Shown here: positions 22,097-31,515 of the stretch, piece by piece | Numbering within the stretch: position 1 is the stretch's first letter | Layout: each line of letters starts with the position of its first letter | Source: Escherichia virus TH06 | DNA length: 64,000 nucleotides | Strand: one strand, 5' to 3' | Sequence record: MT446386.1 | Notes under the pieces: model-generated | What the model saw: the letters and a program-made list of their open reading frames with translations, nothing else | The model's database searches: none | What the model was told of the DNA's origin: nothing | Program-made: the position numbers and the translations under genes

Positions 22097-22112
22097 GCTC
22101 CCCGAAGGGAGC
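22097..22112 (-). terminator. intergenic hairpin between the two large fibre genes
   Basis: GCTCCCC-GAA-GGGAGC hairpin directly upstream of the RBS AAGGAG of the 722 aa gene. Confidence 0.35.
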
Positions 22113-22121
22113 ATTATTGTT

Positions 22122-24902
22122 TCATTTAGAAGGCATCTCAACACGAAGGTCAATCCATCTTCCAGAAGGGATATCAATTGGTTCACCATCCACCACACCT
22201 TCTATTACATTACTTGCAAAAGAAGGAACTCCCTCGTGAGTTCGATGGTAAGTTTTCAGAGTAATATCACCTTCTTCATCAACTTCATAATCAACCCAAA
22301 GAAGAGGTAATCCGTTAGAGTTCTGAGGAATAGAAAAACCACCGTCATTACCACCCCAAGAGGCATCTGAGTTAAACCCTAAGACTCCTGAGATTTTATA
22401 GACACCAACATCTAATCTTTCGGTTGTCACTCCTTGGGCTTGGTCATTAGCTTCAGAAGACCCGTCAGATTTTAGTTTGACTATAGGGGATGCAATTTTA
22501 ACAAAACCATTAACATCTACAGTGGTGTTCAAGTCCCGTACTAAGAAATCTCTCCAGTTAGTAATCAAAGCTGGGTCATTGGTTCTTTGACGATACCGAG
22601 GAGCTTGGTTGGTAATAGTAGAGAAACCAATCTGAGACCAGTTACCACCGCGACCTCCTTCTGATATAGTCATAATCTCTGCATAAGAATAAGGCGCTCC
22701 ATTACCTCCGGGGAAAGGGGAAACGTCTTGACTATAGAACCCAATACCTGTTGGTAAATCTTCACTGCCATAAAAAGTTGATTGACCATACTGACAATGC
22801 ATGGCTCCTAATTTTTCAGAACCTTCAGCTGGTGTTTTCCCTCCAGTACCACCACTTATTACTGGCAAGGCTATTCTAGAAGAATCAGAGTTATTGAAAT
22901 ACCCCCAATCTGCATCTGTAATAAAGAAGGTATGTTCTCCAGAACCATCCAGCAGTTTTGTGTCTGTTGAACTTTGAACAAGCTTATCCACCTTCAGATT
23001 GACACGAGCAGCAGCCTCAGAGGTCGCTCCTGTACCACCTTGTCCTACCCCTAAAGCTCTCCATGCTGAGTCAGCAGAACTATAAGCCCCCCAAGAGGTG
23101 TCTGAAATTGTTAAATATGAAGATTTACTAGGAGCCATAACTATGGTTTCATTGCTAGGCTGTAAAAATCTCTCCAAATTTAAGCTAATTCGAGCATCGT
23201 TTAATGTGGTTGCTCCCGTACCACCTGATTCTATAGCAAAAGGTACAACTTCTTCCGTCCCTGCATTAATAGAAGCAACAAGTCCCGAGTTATCCACTTT
23301 GAAAGCATACTCCCCGTTAGGAGATCTATAACTGTTATAAGATTGAGGATCAGCCTGATCATTACATAAAACCCCCTGGACCAACGCCGACCTACGAAGC
23401 GAGCCAATATCGGTAACACCTGTACCACCCTGAGCAACAGAAAGAGGGGTAGTCAATCCACTAAGGGATGTGATATCAGAGTTAGCGCCTGAAGATGCTG
23501 CCCCAACATTAGCAGCTGTGAGGACTACATTACCATTAGCGTCATCAGGGGCTTTTCCGTTTACGGTTACAATGTAAGGAATCTGAGATTGAACACGACC
23601 TTTGTAATTAGCATCTTTATCTGAATCAGGAGACCTGATAGCCTCACCACCAGTCCAGTCAGGAAGTCGGATACTTATAAAGTTAGTAGAATCTGCATCA
23701 GTTATACCATCAGCCAGCTTACCCCAAGAGAAATATTGACGAGCACCAGATTGCCATTCAGTTTCAGAAACAACAGGAAGTTGTCCACTGACAAGAGATG
23801 GACCTAAGTCTGAAGCAGATTCTTTAGATACTAGACGACCGTCAGCTGGAAGAACACCCGGATAGGAGATATTCTTCGTTGGGTCATAAGGGAACATCAC
23901 CATCTCACCAAGATACAGAGAAGGGTTTCCTGTTGGAATAGTAATGTCAATGTTACCACTGGAATCTGGAGAACGGGAGTTAACAGTAAGGATCCTACCT
24001 TCAGTTTTAACAGGAGTTAATGTTTTGTTAGCAGCAACAGTGTAGAACTCATACTTAGTAGCTTCCCAGACTAAGACTTTCTCACCAACTTGACGATACT
24101 GAGCGTCAGCATCAGCTTCTGCTTTTGATTGGTATGTCTTGGTAGTTTTGTCAAACTTGTCGTTAATCTCTTGACGGCTATACTGAGCAACGTTCAGAAC
24201 ATTCCCTAAACCTACCGTCTCTTTGTTGATTGTTAAGGCAACCTCTCCATCAAGAGCTGGACCACCGTTAATAGAAACAGAACGAACAGACGGGATTAAG
24301 TTGGCAATGTTCTCTAGAGTAGTCTTGTGGACAGTATTATCATCTTTGTCAACATAGAAACCCAAGTCACCTAACTCTGGAACACCGGTAGGTGCTGTAT
24401 CCAAATCCTTAACAGAACCATCCTTTCCGGGATCACCTTCTGGGATACCTAGAGAGATTACACCAGTGTTCGGATTAAAAGAGCCAGTAGCCGGAGTTCC
24501 CGGAGGAAGTGTGGTTACATCAACGGACATTCCTAACAGAACGTCAAGCTGGTTCTGGACTTCAATAAGTTTCTGATTAATTAGAGCTACAGCATTATTC
24601 GCATCTGATACCGCTGCGTTAGTTTGAGCAATCAAACTCATCAGACGAGCATCTTGATCTTTAAAGTCCTGCTTAAGATCTTCGATATCCTGCTTCATCA
24701 GAACACCTTGCTGATACAAACGTTCTACTTCAGCGATCAGGTCATCAATTGTACCAAACTTAGACTCTGCTAACAGTGCCCAATATTTGGAGTCAGCTGC
24801 ATATTCTGCGGCTTGCTTATAAGCTCCAATAGAGCCTTCAGTAGCACCAAACTGCCCAACGTTATTCACTGCATCAGGTGCTTGGTTATTATAAACGATC
24901 AT
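22122..24902 (-). CDS. tail fibre / appendage protein (926 aa)
   Basis: N-terminal coiled coil, collagen-like GIPEGDPGKDG, long beta-rich C-terminal part. Confidence 0.5.
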   Translation of the reverse strand: MIVYNNQAPDAVNNVGQFGATEGSIGAYKQAAEYAADSKYWALLAESKFGTIDDLIAEVERLYQQGVLMKQDIEDLKQDFKDQDARLMSLIAQTNAAVSDANNAVALINQKLIEVQNQLDVLLGMSVDVTTLPPGTPATGSFNPNTGVISLGIPEGDPGKDGSVKDLDTAPTGVPELGDLGFYVDKDDNTVHKTTLENIANLIPSVRSVSINGGPALDGEVALTINKETVGLGNVLNVAQYSRQEINDKFDKTTKTYQSKAEADADAQYRQVGEKVLVWEATKYEFYTVAANKTLTPVKTEGRILTVNSRSPDSSGNIDITIPTGNPSLYLGEMVMFPYDPTKNISYPGVLPADGRLVSKESASDLGPSLVSGQLPVVSETEWQSGARQYFSWGKLADGITDADSTNFISIRLPDWTGGEAIRSPDSDKDANYKGRVQSQIPYIVTVNGKAPDDANGNVVLTAANVGAASSGANSDITSLSGLTTPLSVAQGGTGVTDIGSLRRSALVQGVLCNDQADPQSYNSYRSPNGEYAFKVDNSGLVASINAGTEEVVPFAIESGGTGATTLNDARISLNLERFLQPSNETIVMAPSKSSYLTISDTSWGAYSSADSAWRALGVGQGGTGATSEAAARVNLKVDKLVQSSTDTKLLDGSGEHTFFITDADWGYFNNSDSSRIALPVISGGTGGKTPAEGSEKLGAMHCQYGQSTFYGSEDLPTGIGFYSQDVSPFPGGNGAPYSYAEIMTISEGGRGGNWSQIGFSTITNQAPRYRQRTNDPALITNWRDFLVRDLNTTVDVNGFVKIASPIVKLKSDGSSEANDQAQGVTTERLDVGVYKISGVLGFNSDASWGGNDGGFSIPQNSNGLPLLWVDYEVDEEGDITLKTYHRTHEGVPSFASNVIEGVVDGEPIDIPSGRWIDLRVEMPSK

Positions 24903-24911
24903 ATTATCTCC

Positions 24912-25661
24912 TTATACACGAGAAGTACGAATACCATAAATATCAGGCAAGCTGCTCTGAAGTCGAGTCATGTTATTCGGAATTGCGATAGGTGAACCTG
25001 AGTACTCTTGTTTCTTATTCTGTTCTACCATTTCATCAAGGATAGCTTTTCCTAATGCTGACCATTTCTGAACACCATTATCATCTTGAACAAAGAGACA
25101 AGCATGACGTAGGGTGAAGTACAGAAGAAGTTCTGGTGCTATAGTAAGAATAGTACTAGTATCTGTATCTTCATGGAATTCCGGTGGGTCTGCATAATAG
25201 CTAAGAATCACTGAGTTTTCTGCTGGAATCAAAGGGCTTCCATCATCAGGGTAGTACGGAGTATCTGCTTCGATGCTAGGGTAGAAAATGAAACGACTAC
25301 CGAAACGAGCAAAGTTGACAGGTTGGTTATTCCAGTGAGATGGGTTAATTGTTCCATGCTGTCTACGATAGCTAATCTCTTCAGGAGAGGTTACTTGGAA
25401 GATTGTGCCATCTTTGGCTCTCATCATCCATTGAGCTTCTAAGTAATCAGGAGGAATGTAAGCTACTCCATCTTTAATATCTAAATACACTTCTTTTTCC
25501 AGAGGAGGAATACGTAAGTTACGATAAATCTCTTTCTCTGCAAAGTTAATAAAGTTTGGAATTTGATTAACAAATTCGTCATCGTCCCTATCTGCCCAGA
25601 GGGCCACGGCCTTCTTTAGCCACCCATAGGTATTGATGGGGTATTGAACGTCAGGCAACAT
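24912..25661 (-). CDS. virion structural protein (putative head-tail adaptor)
   Basis: Strong RBS GGAAGGAGG 6 nt before the ATG at 25661; track start 25688 lacks an RBS. Confidence 0.4.
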   Translation of the reverse strand: MLPDVQYPINTYGWLKKAVALWADRDDDEFVNQIPNFINFAEKEIYRNLRIPPLEKEVYLDIKDGVAYIPPDYLEAQWMMRAKDGTIFQVTSPEEISYRRQHGTINPSHWNNQPVNFARFGSRFIFYPSIEADTPYYPDDGSPLIPAENSVILSYYADPPEFHEDTDTSTILTIAPELLLYFTLRHACLFVQDDNGVQKWSALGKAILDEMVEQNKKQEYSGSPIAIPNNMTRLQSSLPDIYGIRTSRV

Positions 25662-26163
25662 AGGATACCTCCTTCCAGTTTGTGCCATTGATTATCAGGC
25701 TTATTGTACTTGAAGAGACTCCAAACTTCCTAGCTAAAGCTCTAGCTCCGAACTGTCTGTCCCTCGGTTTATAGTTCTCTAAACAGAAAAGAACTTGTTC
25801 TTTAGTAAGCTTGGAATTAGGGTTATCCTCAAGATTCCTTGGTGTTGAGAGTTTTGTTTCATAAGCATGTACACAGTTTTCTTGTTGAGTACACCACTCT
25901 AGATTCTCAATCCTGTTGTCATCTTTTATTCCATTCTTATGGTTGACATAGTCCTTCCCTTCTACTTTAGGAAGAAAGAGTTCAGCTATGACCCTGTGCT
26001 CTAGGTATGATTTCTTCTTGAAGGTTAGTACACGATATCCCTTATTATTAATACATCCAGCACGTTGCCTTTTCTGTTTATTGAATATATTACTCATAGA
26101 CCAGAAAAGATGCCCTGTATTTGGGTTATATGTAAAAGCTCCTCTGAAATCTGGCATTGCCAT
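25651..26163 (-). CDS. HNH homing endonuclease
   Basis: HNH core YLEHRVIAELF...NHKNGIKDDNRIENLEW; inserted between capsid and tail genes and overlapping the downstream gene start. Confidence 0.6.
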   Translation of the reverse strand: MAMPDFRGAFTYNPNTGHLFWSMSNIFNKQKRQRAGCINNKGYRVLTFKKKSYLEHRVIAELFLPKVEGKDYVNHKNGIKDDNRIENLEWCTQQENCVHAYETKLSTPRNLEDNPNSKLTKEQVLFCLENYKPRDRQFGARALARKFGVSSSTISLIINGTNWKEVSYVA

Positions 26164-26231
26164 AGGTTGTCCTCCTTGTTATATGTAGACAAAGAATATA
26201 CATTACACACTGGCTTGTATAGGTCTTAAAA

Positions 26232-26258
26232 CGAAAAAACCCCGCCCGAAGGCAGGGT
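26232..26258 (-). terminator. intrinsic terminator after capsid genes
   Basis: Hairpin CCCTGCC-TTCG-GGCGGGG followed by TTTTTT on the minus strand. Confidence 0.6.
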
Positions 26259-26264
26259 CTAGTT

Positions 26265-26777
26265 TTAAGCAGGTGTTACACCAGTAAAAGTGCATGTTGC
26301 ATTGATGGATGGGTCAGCTGTCAAACTTGCTTGAACAGTAACTTCGCCACTTGCAGCAGCATCTAAGGTTAACGCACCAGCGGCGCTTACTGTACCAGCT
26401 TCTGTAGGGGTTACAACAAACGTGTAATCCGCAGCAGTAGAATTAGTTACAGTAAACATGGTAGTGAAGTTAGTGGAAGAACCACCAGTTTTACCCGTAA
26501 TTGGACCCTTAGCTACAATAGTAGGAGCAGGAGCAACAATTTCAGAAATGGTTGCTGTACCAGAAACACCTTCTAAAGTTGCAGTAATGGATACATCAGT
26601 GGATTGAGACGCACTCGGAGCAGTATACAAACCAGACTGAGTGATAGAACCACCTCCTGTCACTGACCAAGTAAAGCCAGTTGTTTCGGTAGAACCATCA
26701 CTTTTCTCCGCGCTTGCAGTGAACTGCCGAGTAGCCCCTGTCTCTAGACTTGCTAAAGACGCAGGGCTAACAGTCAC
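26265..26777 (-). CDS. Ig-like (Big_2-type) domain, probably expressed as a frameshifted C-terminal extension of the capsid protein
   Basis: Frame is open upstream through the capsid stop; GTG at 26777; Thr/Ser-rich Ig-like sequence. Confidence 0.45.
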   Translation of the reverse strand: MTVSPASLASLETGATRQFTASAEKSDGSTETTGFTWSVTGGGSITQSGLYTAPSASQSTDVSITATLEGVSGTATISEIVAPAPTIVAKGPITGKTGGSSTNFTTMFTVTNSTAADYTFVVTPTEAGTVSAAGALTLDAAASGEVTVQASLTADPSINATCTFTGVTPA

Positions 26778-26788
26778 ACTGTCTACTG

Positions 26789-27847
26789 TTACGCCGCCAC
26801 CTTTCCCGCGGCAGTGAACAGAACGCCGGAAGCGTACGGGTTGCGGTGACGCAGACCAACTTCCATTTCAATCATCCACTTCTCGTAAGAACCGTCTTTA
26901 GCCAGTTCAGTGCGTTTCGGAGCACGCAGAACCATCTGAGTCCAGTCAGCGCTACGGAAGAAGTAAACTGCATCGGTAGGCATCCAACGGTTAACGATGA
27001 TTTTGTAGCTCTGGCCCAGCGGGTCAGTGATGCTGTTAACTTCGTAGATGAACTGCTTGGTGTTCTCAAAGATACGCTTACGTGAACCCTGAGTATTTTC
27101 TTGCAGACCAGCGAAGATCTTAGCATGAGCCGGGTTAATCATGATGATATCTGCTTCAGAACCAGCGGTATACAGTTGCAGAGTCATATCAAAGATATCA
27201 GCTTCGTCAAAACCAATGTTAGTGGTCGGGTTAGAAGCATTCTGTGCAACTTTAACAGTTACTGCACCAGTATCCGGGTCAGCAGGACCATTCTTGGTCT
27301 TGTCAACAACGCCACCAGCAAGACCACCGTGAGCACACAGGAACTGGAATGCACCAGTCTTACGAGCTGCATGAGTGTCGTTCAGACCAACAGTTGCAGG
27401 ATCAGTTGCAGAGTTAGTCAGGTACTGATCAGCCAGAACGTCGGTACGAGCCTGACCGGACAGAAGGATTTTCTCGAGGTCACGCTTGATCTCTTTACCT
27501 TTCTTCTCCAGCTGATACATCAGTTCACGACCACGACCGTAGTTAGCGGTGGTGTTAGCAGTATCAGAAACACGAACAACCTTACGCAGAATCTGAGTAA
27601 CGTTAGATTTGATAACAGTCGGTTTCATTTCGCCGTCTTCAGCACGAGAGCCTTCGACGTGTGCGTTATTACCGTCAACGCTTGCCAGTGCATCGGTCTG
27701 CCAGCTAAAGATAGTCTGGTTGATAGACTCTTTACCGGTCATAGATACGAACGGGGTATCCTGAGGGGACAGAACAGAAATCCAGTTAGCAAAAGAAAGT
27801 TTTTTACCATTCTGGTCATACGATACAAATAAAGTTGGATTAGCCAT
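26789..27847 (-). CDS. major capsid protein
   Basis: 352 aa ORF immediately downstream of the acidic scaffold gene and upstream of a strong terminator. Confidence 0.55.
   Translation of the reverse strand: MANPTLFVSYDQNGKKLSFANWISVLSPQDTPFVSMTGKESINQTIFSWQTDALASVDGNNAHVEGSRAEDGEMKPTVIKSNVTQILRKVVRVSDTANTTANYGRGRELMYQLEKKGKEIKRDLEKILLSGQARTDVLADQYLTNSATDPATVGLNDTHAARKTGAFQFLCAHGGLAGGVVDKTKNGPADPDTGAVTVKVAQNASNPTTNIGFDEADIFDMTLQLYTAGSEADIIMINPAHAKIFAGLQENTQGSRKRIFENTKQFIYEVNSITDPLGQSYKIIVNRWMPTDAVYFFRSADWTQMVLRAPKRTELAKDGSYEKWMIEMEVGLRHRNPYASGVLFTAAGKVAA
26801..26807 (-). other. slippery heptamer G GGA AAG (candidate -1 programmed frameshift site)
   Basis: X XXY YYZ motif four codons before the capsid stop; the -1 frame continues without a stop into 26265..26777. 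Confidence 0.45.
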
Positions 27848-27888
27848 GTTATGTTAGCTCCTATACTATTAATAATTTAATTTGTCGA

Positions 27889-28965
27889 TTAATCTACGAG
27901 GAATTTGAATGCGTCTTCGTGACTAACGCGACCCTCTGCGAATGCCTTGGCAACCTTAGCGTTGTCGGGCTTATTGGAAGTGCGAGACTTTGCAGCATCA
28001 GACTTCACAACCTTGCGTGGAGCACCGGGACGTTTAATCTTAGCCATCACCTGTTGCTTACCTTTATCAAATTGGTATGCTTTATGGAGAGCTAGGAAAA
28101 TAGACGGACGGTTTTCCTTCAATACTTCTTCTTCAGTAGCACCTAAGTCAATTGCGTATTGCATTAAGTTTTGATATAAGTTTTCATCCCAATTTGGAAT
28201 CTCGCGTTTCAGAATATTAACACATTCAATACTCTTGGCTTGGAAAGCTTCCTGCTCTTTAGCTGCTGCTTCCTGCTTAATACGGACCTGAGCCTGTTCA
28301 AGCTGTTGACGGCGAGCTGTGTACTTCTCTAGGAAACGTTTGTTTTCAACATATGCTTGAGGATCTTCTACTGCAAGCTTGTCCCAATCAAAACCGTTAT
28401 AATCTTCAATTACTCGGTCTGCTTCTAAAGACGCTAGTTCTAATACATCCTTCAAACCTACTACACGTTCCTCGAATGCTTCCATATGACGCTGAAGAGT
28501 TGATTCTCGTTCTGTCATATCAGCACCAGTAAGATAGCCATTAGAAAGTTCTTCAATAGTCATCTCACGTCCATCAGGAAGGGTGATAACGGTTTCGTAG
28601 TCTACATCAAAGACTTCACCTTCACCGTCAGCAGAATCATCTTCATACTCTGCATCGCTTGAATCTTCTTCCTCTTGTTCTTCTGCTTCAGAGGATTCGT
28701 CTTCATCTTCTTCGACTTCGCCTTCCTCTTCACGATCTTCCCAACCATCTTCATCTTCGAACTTAAGCTCATCGCTTTCACCGAGAAGGTCGGTATCAAA
28801 GTCGAAATCGTCACCGTCTTTTTCCGGGAACTCATCGTCAATGTCCACTTCTGGTTCTTGTTCAGATTCTAATCGACCGAGTTCTTCTTTGAAAGAACCT
28901 TTCAGGTCATCCAGTTGGAGGAAAGATTTAAAATCGTTCGGGTCAATATAATTATCTTGTGGCAT
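27889..28965 (-). CDS. scaffolding protein
   Basis: Highly acidic Asp/Glu-rich N-terminal half, helical C-terminus, located between portal and capsid genes. Confidence 0.5.
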   Translation of the reverse strand: MPQDNYIDPNDFKSFLQLDDLKGSFKEELGRLESEQEPEVDIDDEFPEKDGDDFDFDTDLLGESDELKFEDEDGWEDREEEGEVEEDEDESSEAEEQEEEDSSDAEYEDDSADGEGEVFDVDYETVITLPDGREMTIEELSNGYLTGADMTERESTLQRHMEAFEERVVGLKDVLELASLEADRVIEDYNGFDWDKLAVEDPQAYVENKRFLEKYTARRQQLEQAQVRIKQEAAAKEQEAFQAKSIECVNILKREIPNWDENLYQNLMQYAIDLGATEEEVLKENRPSIFLALHKAYQFDKGKQQVMAKIKRPGAPRKVVKSDAAKSRTSNKPDNAKVAKAFAEGRVSHEDAFKFLVD

Positions 28966-29201
28966 TATGAAACATCTCCTGCACTATTGATAGCAGCTTT
29001 TATGACCTCTTTTAAGCTACCAACCATTTTATACTTTTGATAACAATCTTCGCGTTTCTTATTCTCATGAGGTTCTGTTTGAACTATCTCTGTCATGAGT
29101 CTTTCTTTCAATGCCTCTAATGCTGCGTCAAGACTGCCGTTAAGGTTGAGAGCCGCCAAAGCGGCGGCGTGCTCTTTATTAAATTGATGTCTAATGTTCA
29201 T
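28965..29201 (-). CDS. hypothetical protein (78 aa)
   Basis: Small ORF between portal and scaffold. Confidence 0.3.
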   Translation of the reverse strand: MNIRHQFNKEHAAALAALNLNGSLDAALEALKERLMTEIVQTEPHENKKREDCYQKYKMVGSLKEVIKAAINSAGDVS

Positions 29202-29210
29202 TCGACGTCC

Positions 29211-31454
29211 TTAGTTTTTACTTCCAAGACGTTTGCCTGGAATCCGTGAATCTTTGAGAGAAGCTTGTTGCTCTTTCTTAGTTACATTAGCTTCTTTCTT
29301 TTGGAGTTCCAAAGTTTTATCCTGAACACGAGCTTGCTGAACAATCTTCTCTTGGTCTACCTGATGAGACATAACCATCTGCAATTCTTTCAGTACAGAT
29401 TCATACTGACGGACCTGCTGTTGCATAAGAGCTAACTTGTGCTTAGCTTGTTCCAGAGTAGCATTGTTGTCTTCTTTACGGTTTTCCAGAGTCATTGCAT
29501 CTGCTGCATTTTCTTGCTTGAATTGCAACTCTTCCTGACGTAGACTTAATTCATCCGCAGCTTTCTGCTGTTCGAATGTAGTACGTTCACGTTGGTCGAA
29601 TGCATCAGCAATCATCTTCTGAGAAGAAGCCTGTACGTTCTCAACCTGTGCTTTAGTCATCTCGAGCTGGAGGATTTCCATCGGAGAAGGTTCTGGAGGT
29701 TGATACTGTTCCAGAGGCAGAAGGTATTTATGTGTGTCCTTAATGCCCATCAACTCAAAGATCTGTGCAGTCATGTAACGATCTTGCTCCAAACCAAAGA
29801 GAGGCGCTAACTGTGCATCTGCTGCAATCAGCTGTTTCAAGCTAATCAGTTTCTGTGCACGTTCTGCTTTCTCATTAGGAGAGATAGCTACAACAACTTG
29901 AAGATTGTGACGAGCTGGCAGTTGTTTTGGATTTACCTGAATCATACCACGAGGGGTTTGTACCTCGATAGGAACTTCACCATTTTCTCTGATAAGGTTG
30001 TAAATACCACGCATCAATTCAACCATACCGTTGTGAGCAATGTTACGACATACCATACGGAGGCGGTTCTGTGCAGCATTCATCATCAAGCCTACGGTTG
30101 CATAAGCGTTATCATTCTTAAACACATCAGGGTTGATACCCATGCCTAGTTTGGTTACACCGGTACGTGTCTCTTTAAGCTCCTCAGACATGCCTAGAAG
30201 GCCGTCAATACCTTGAGGTAGGTTATGGTATGGGAACAGGTCAATAGCGTCCTGACGTTCCATTTCAACCACTCCACCGGGACGGTTATCAAGCAGAGAG
30301 CGACGGTCGTATGCACCAACAAGAGCTTTGTATCGACCATAGTTAGCATTGTTGACGTTATCAATATAACCACGAACTAACGCGGTACGTAAATCTTGAA
30401 TATCTTTCGTAATGTCATAGACCGATTGACCATAGAAGGAACCCGGAATCGGATACGGACAGAAGGTTACAAACGGAATGTGAGTTACTTCTTCAGTGTG
30501 AAGGATATGCTCACCAGCTTGAATAACCTGATAGAGTTTAGACTCTTTATTCTTATCTAGAACACCAGTACGAATATAGTGCTCATAAACCCAAACCATA
30601 GAAGCGATATCTTCGGTATCTGTACCAATATCAGCATCAATATCCTGACGCCAGTCAGTACGAGACCAAGCAACTGTAGATTGAGTGGTATCCATCGTGT
30701 CTGTCCAGTCGTTGAATGCTTCAATCTCATCTTTAGGGAAGCCCATAGCAACCAGATCTTCTTTAGAGCGACGTACACGATGACAGAAATATTGTGCATC
30801 TGCGAAAGAGGTAGCATGTTCATCAACAAAGATTTGCTCTGAAGGAACATATTCAACTTTCACACGTTTAACAGTTTGTTCGTAAGTAACTTTAACATCT
30901 ACTGTACCATCTTCATTTTCTTCAGTGAAGATTTCCAGATTCTTGAGTCCACCAGCTTCTAATCCCTGAACATATGCAGCCAATGCTTCCGGTGGTACAC
31001 CTTCAGCCTCTTCAGTTTGAGTAGAAGTTTGCTCATCCCAATAATACTTGATAAAAGAGTTACGAGTAACTAGACATTCTTGTGCAGCAGAAGAGATAAT
31101 ATTGTATCCCGGATTATCACGCAGAAGAATTTGGTTAACTAATTTAGTTGCTACATCAGCAGCATCAGAATCCTGTTGGTTGTCAGCTACGAAAGTAACT
31201 GCTTCATCACCAGAACAGAATACGTTAATAATATCTTGCAATGTACCGTTAACAGATTCCCAAACAGTACGATCTACCCAACTAGAGCTGCCAGCAGTTA
31301 CTGGTGCAGGTAAGTTACCATAGAAATATTCCCAAGCTTCACGAGCATAGCCCTTAACAGCCATGTCCACGTAACCTTGAGCGTAATTAAAACGACGTTG
31401 AAGGTCAACACGTAACTCGTCCAACACCTCTTCACTATATTTTTGCTTAGCCAT
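29211..31454 (-). CDS. portal protein
   Basis: 747 aa ORF immediately downstream of large terminase; size and position typical of podovirus portals. Confidence 0.55.
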   Translation of the reverse strand: MAKQKYSEEVLDELRVDLQRRFNYAQGYVDMAVKGYAREAWEYFYGNLPAPVTAGSSSWVDRTVWESVNGTLQDIINVFCSGDEAVTFVADNQQDSDAADVATKLVNQILLRDNPGYNIISSAAQECLVTRNSFIKYYWDEQTSTQTEEAEGVPPEALAAYVQGLEAGGLKNLEIFTEENEDGTVDVKVTYEQTVKRVKVEYVPSEQIFVDEHATSFADAQYFCHRVRRSKEDLVAMGFPKDEIEAFNDWTDTMDTTQSTVAWSRTDWRQDIDADIGTDTEDIASMVWVYEHYIRTGVLDKNKESKLYQVIQAGEHILHTEEVTHIPFVTFCPYPIPGSFYGQSVYDITKDIQDLRTALVRGYIDNVNNANYGRYKALVGAYDRRSLLDNRPGGVVEMERQDAIDLFPYHNLPQGIDGLLGMSEELKETRTGVTKLGMGINPDVFKNDNAYATVGLMMNAAQNRLRMVCRNIAHNGMVELMRGIYNLIRENGEVPIEVQTPRGMIQVNPKQLPARHNLQVVVAISPNEKAERAQKLISLKQLIAADAQLAPLFGLEQDRYMTAQIFELMGIKDTHKYLLPLEQYQPPEPSPMEILQLEMTKAQVENVQASSQKMIADAFDQRERTTFEQQKAADELSLRQEELQFKQENAADAMTLENRKEDNNATLEQAKHKLALMQQQVRQYESVLKELQMVMSHQVDQEKIVQQARVQDKTLELQKKEANVTKKEQQASLKDSRIPGKRLGSKN

Positions 31455-31515
31455 CTATTCTCTCCCTCGGTTGATAGCTTAAATAAAAGAAGGGAGGACA
31501 AACCTCCCCCTTACT

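Noticed and set aside
26265-26777. Ig-like ORF as an independent gene initiating at GTG 26777
   Set aside because: Possible, but there is no convincing RBS before the GTG and a perfect slippery heptamer lies in the upstream capsid frame; frameshift fusion is favoured, with independent initiation not excluded.
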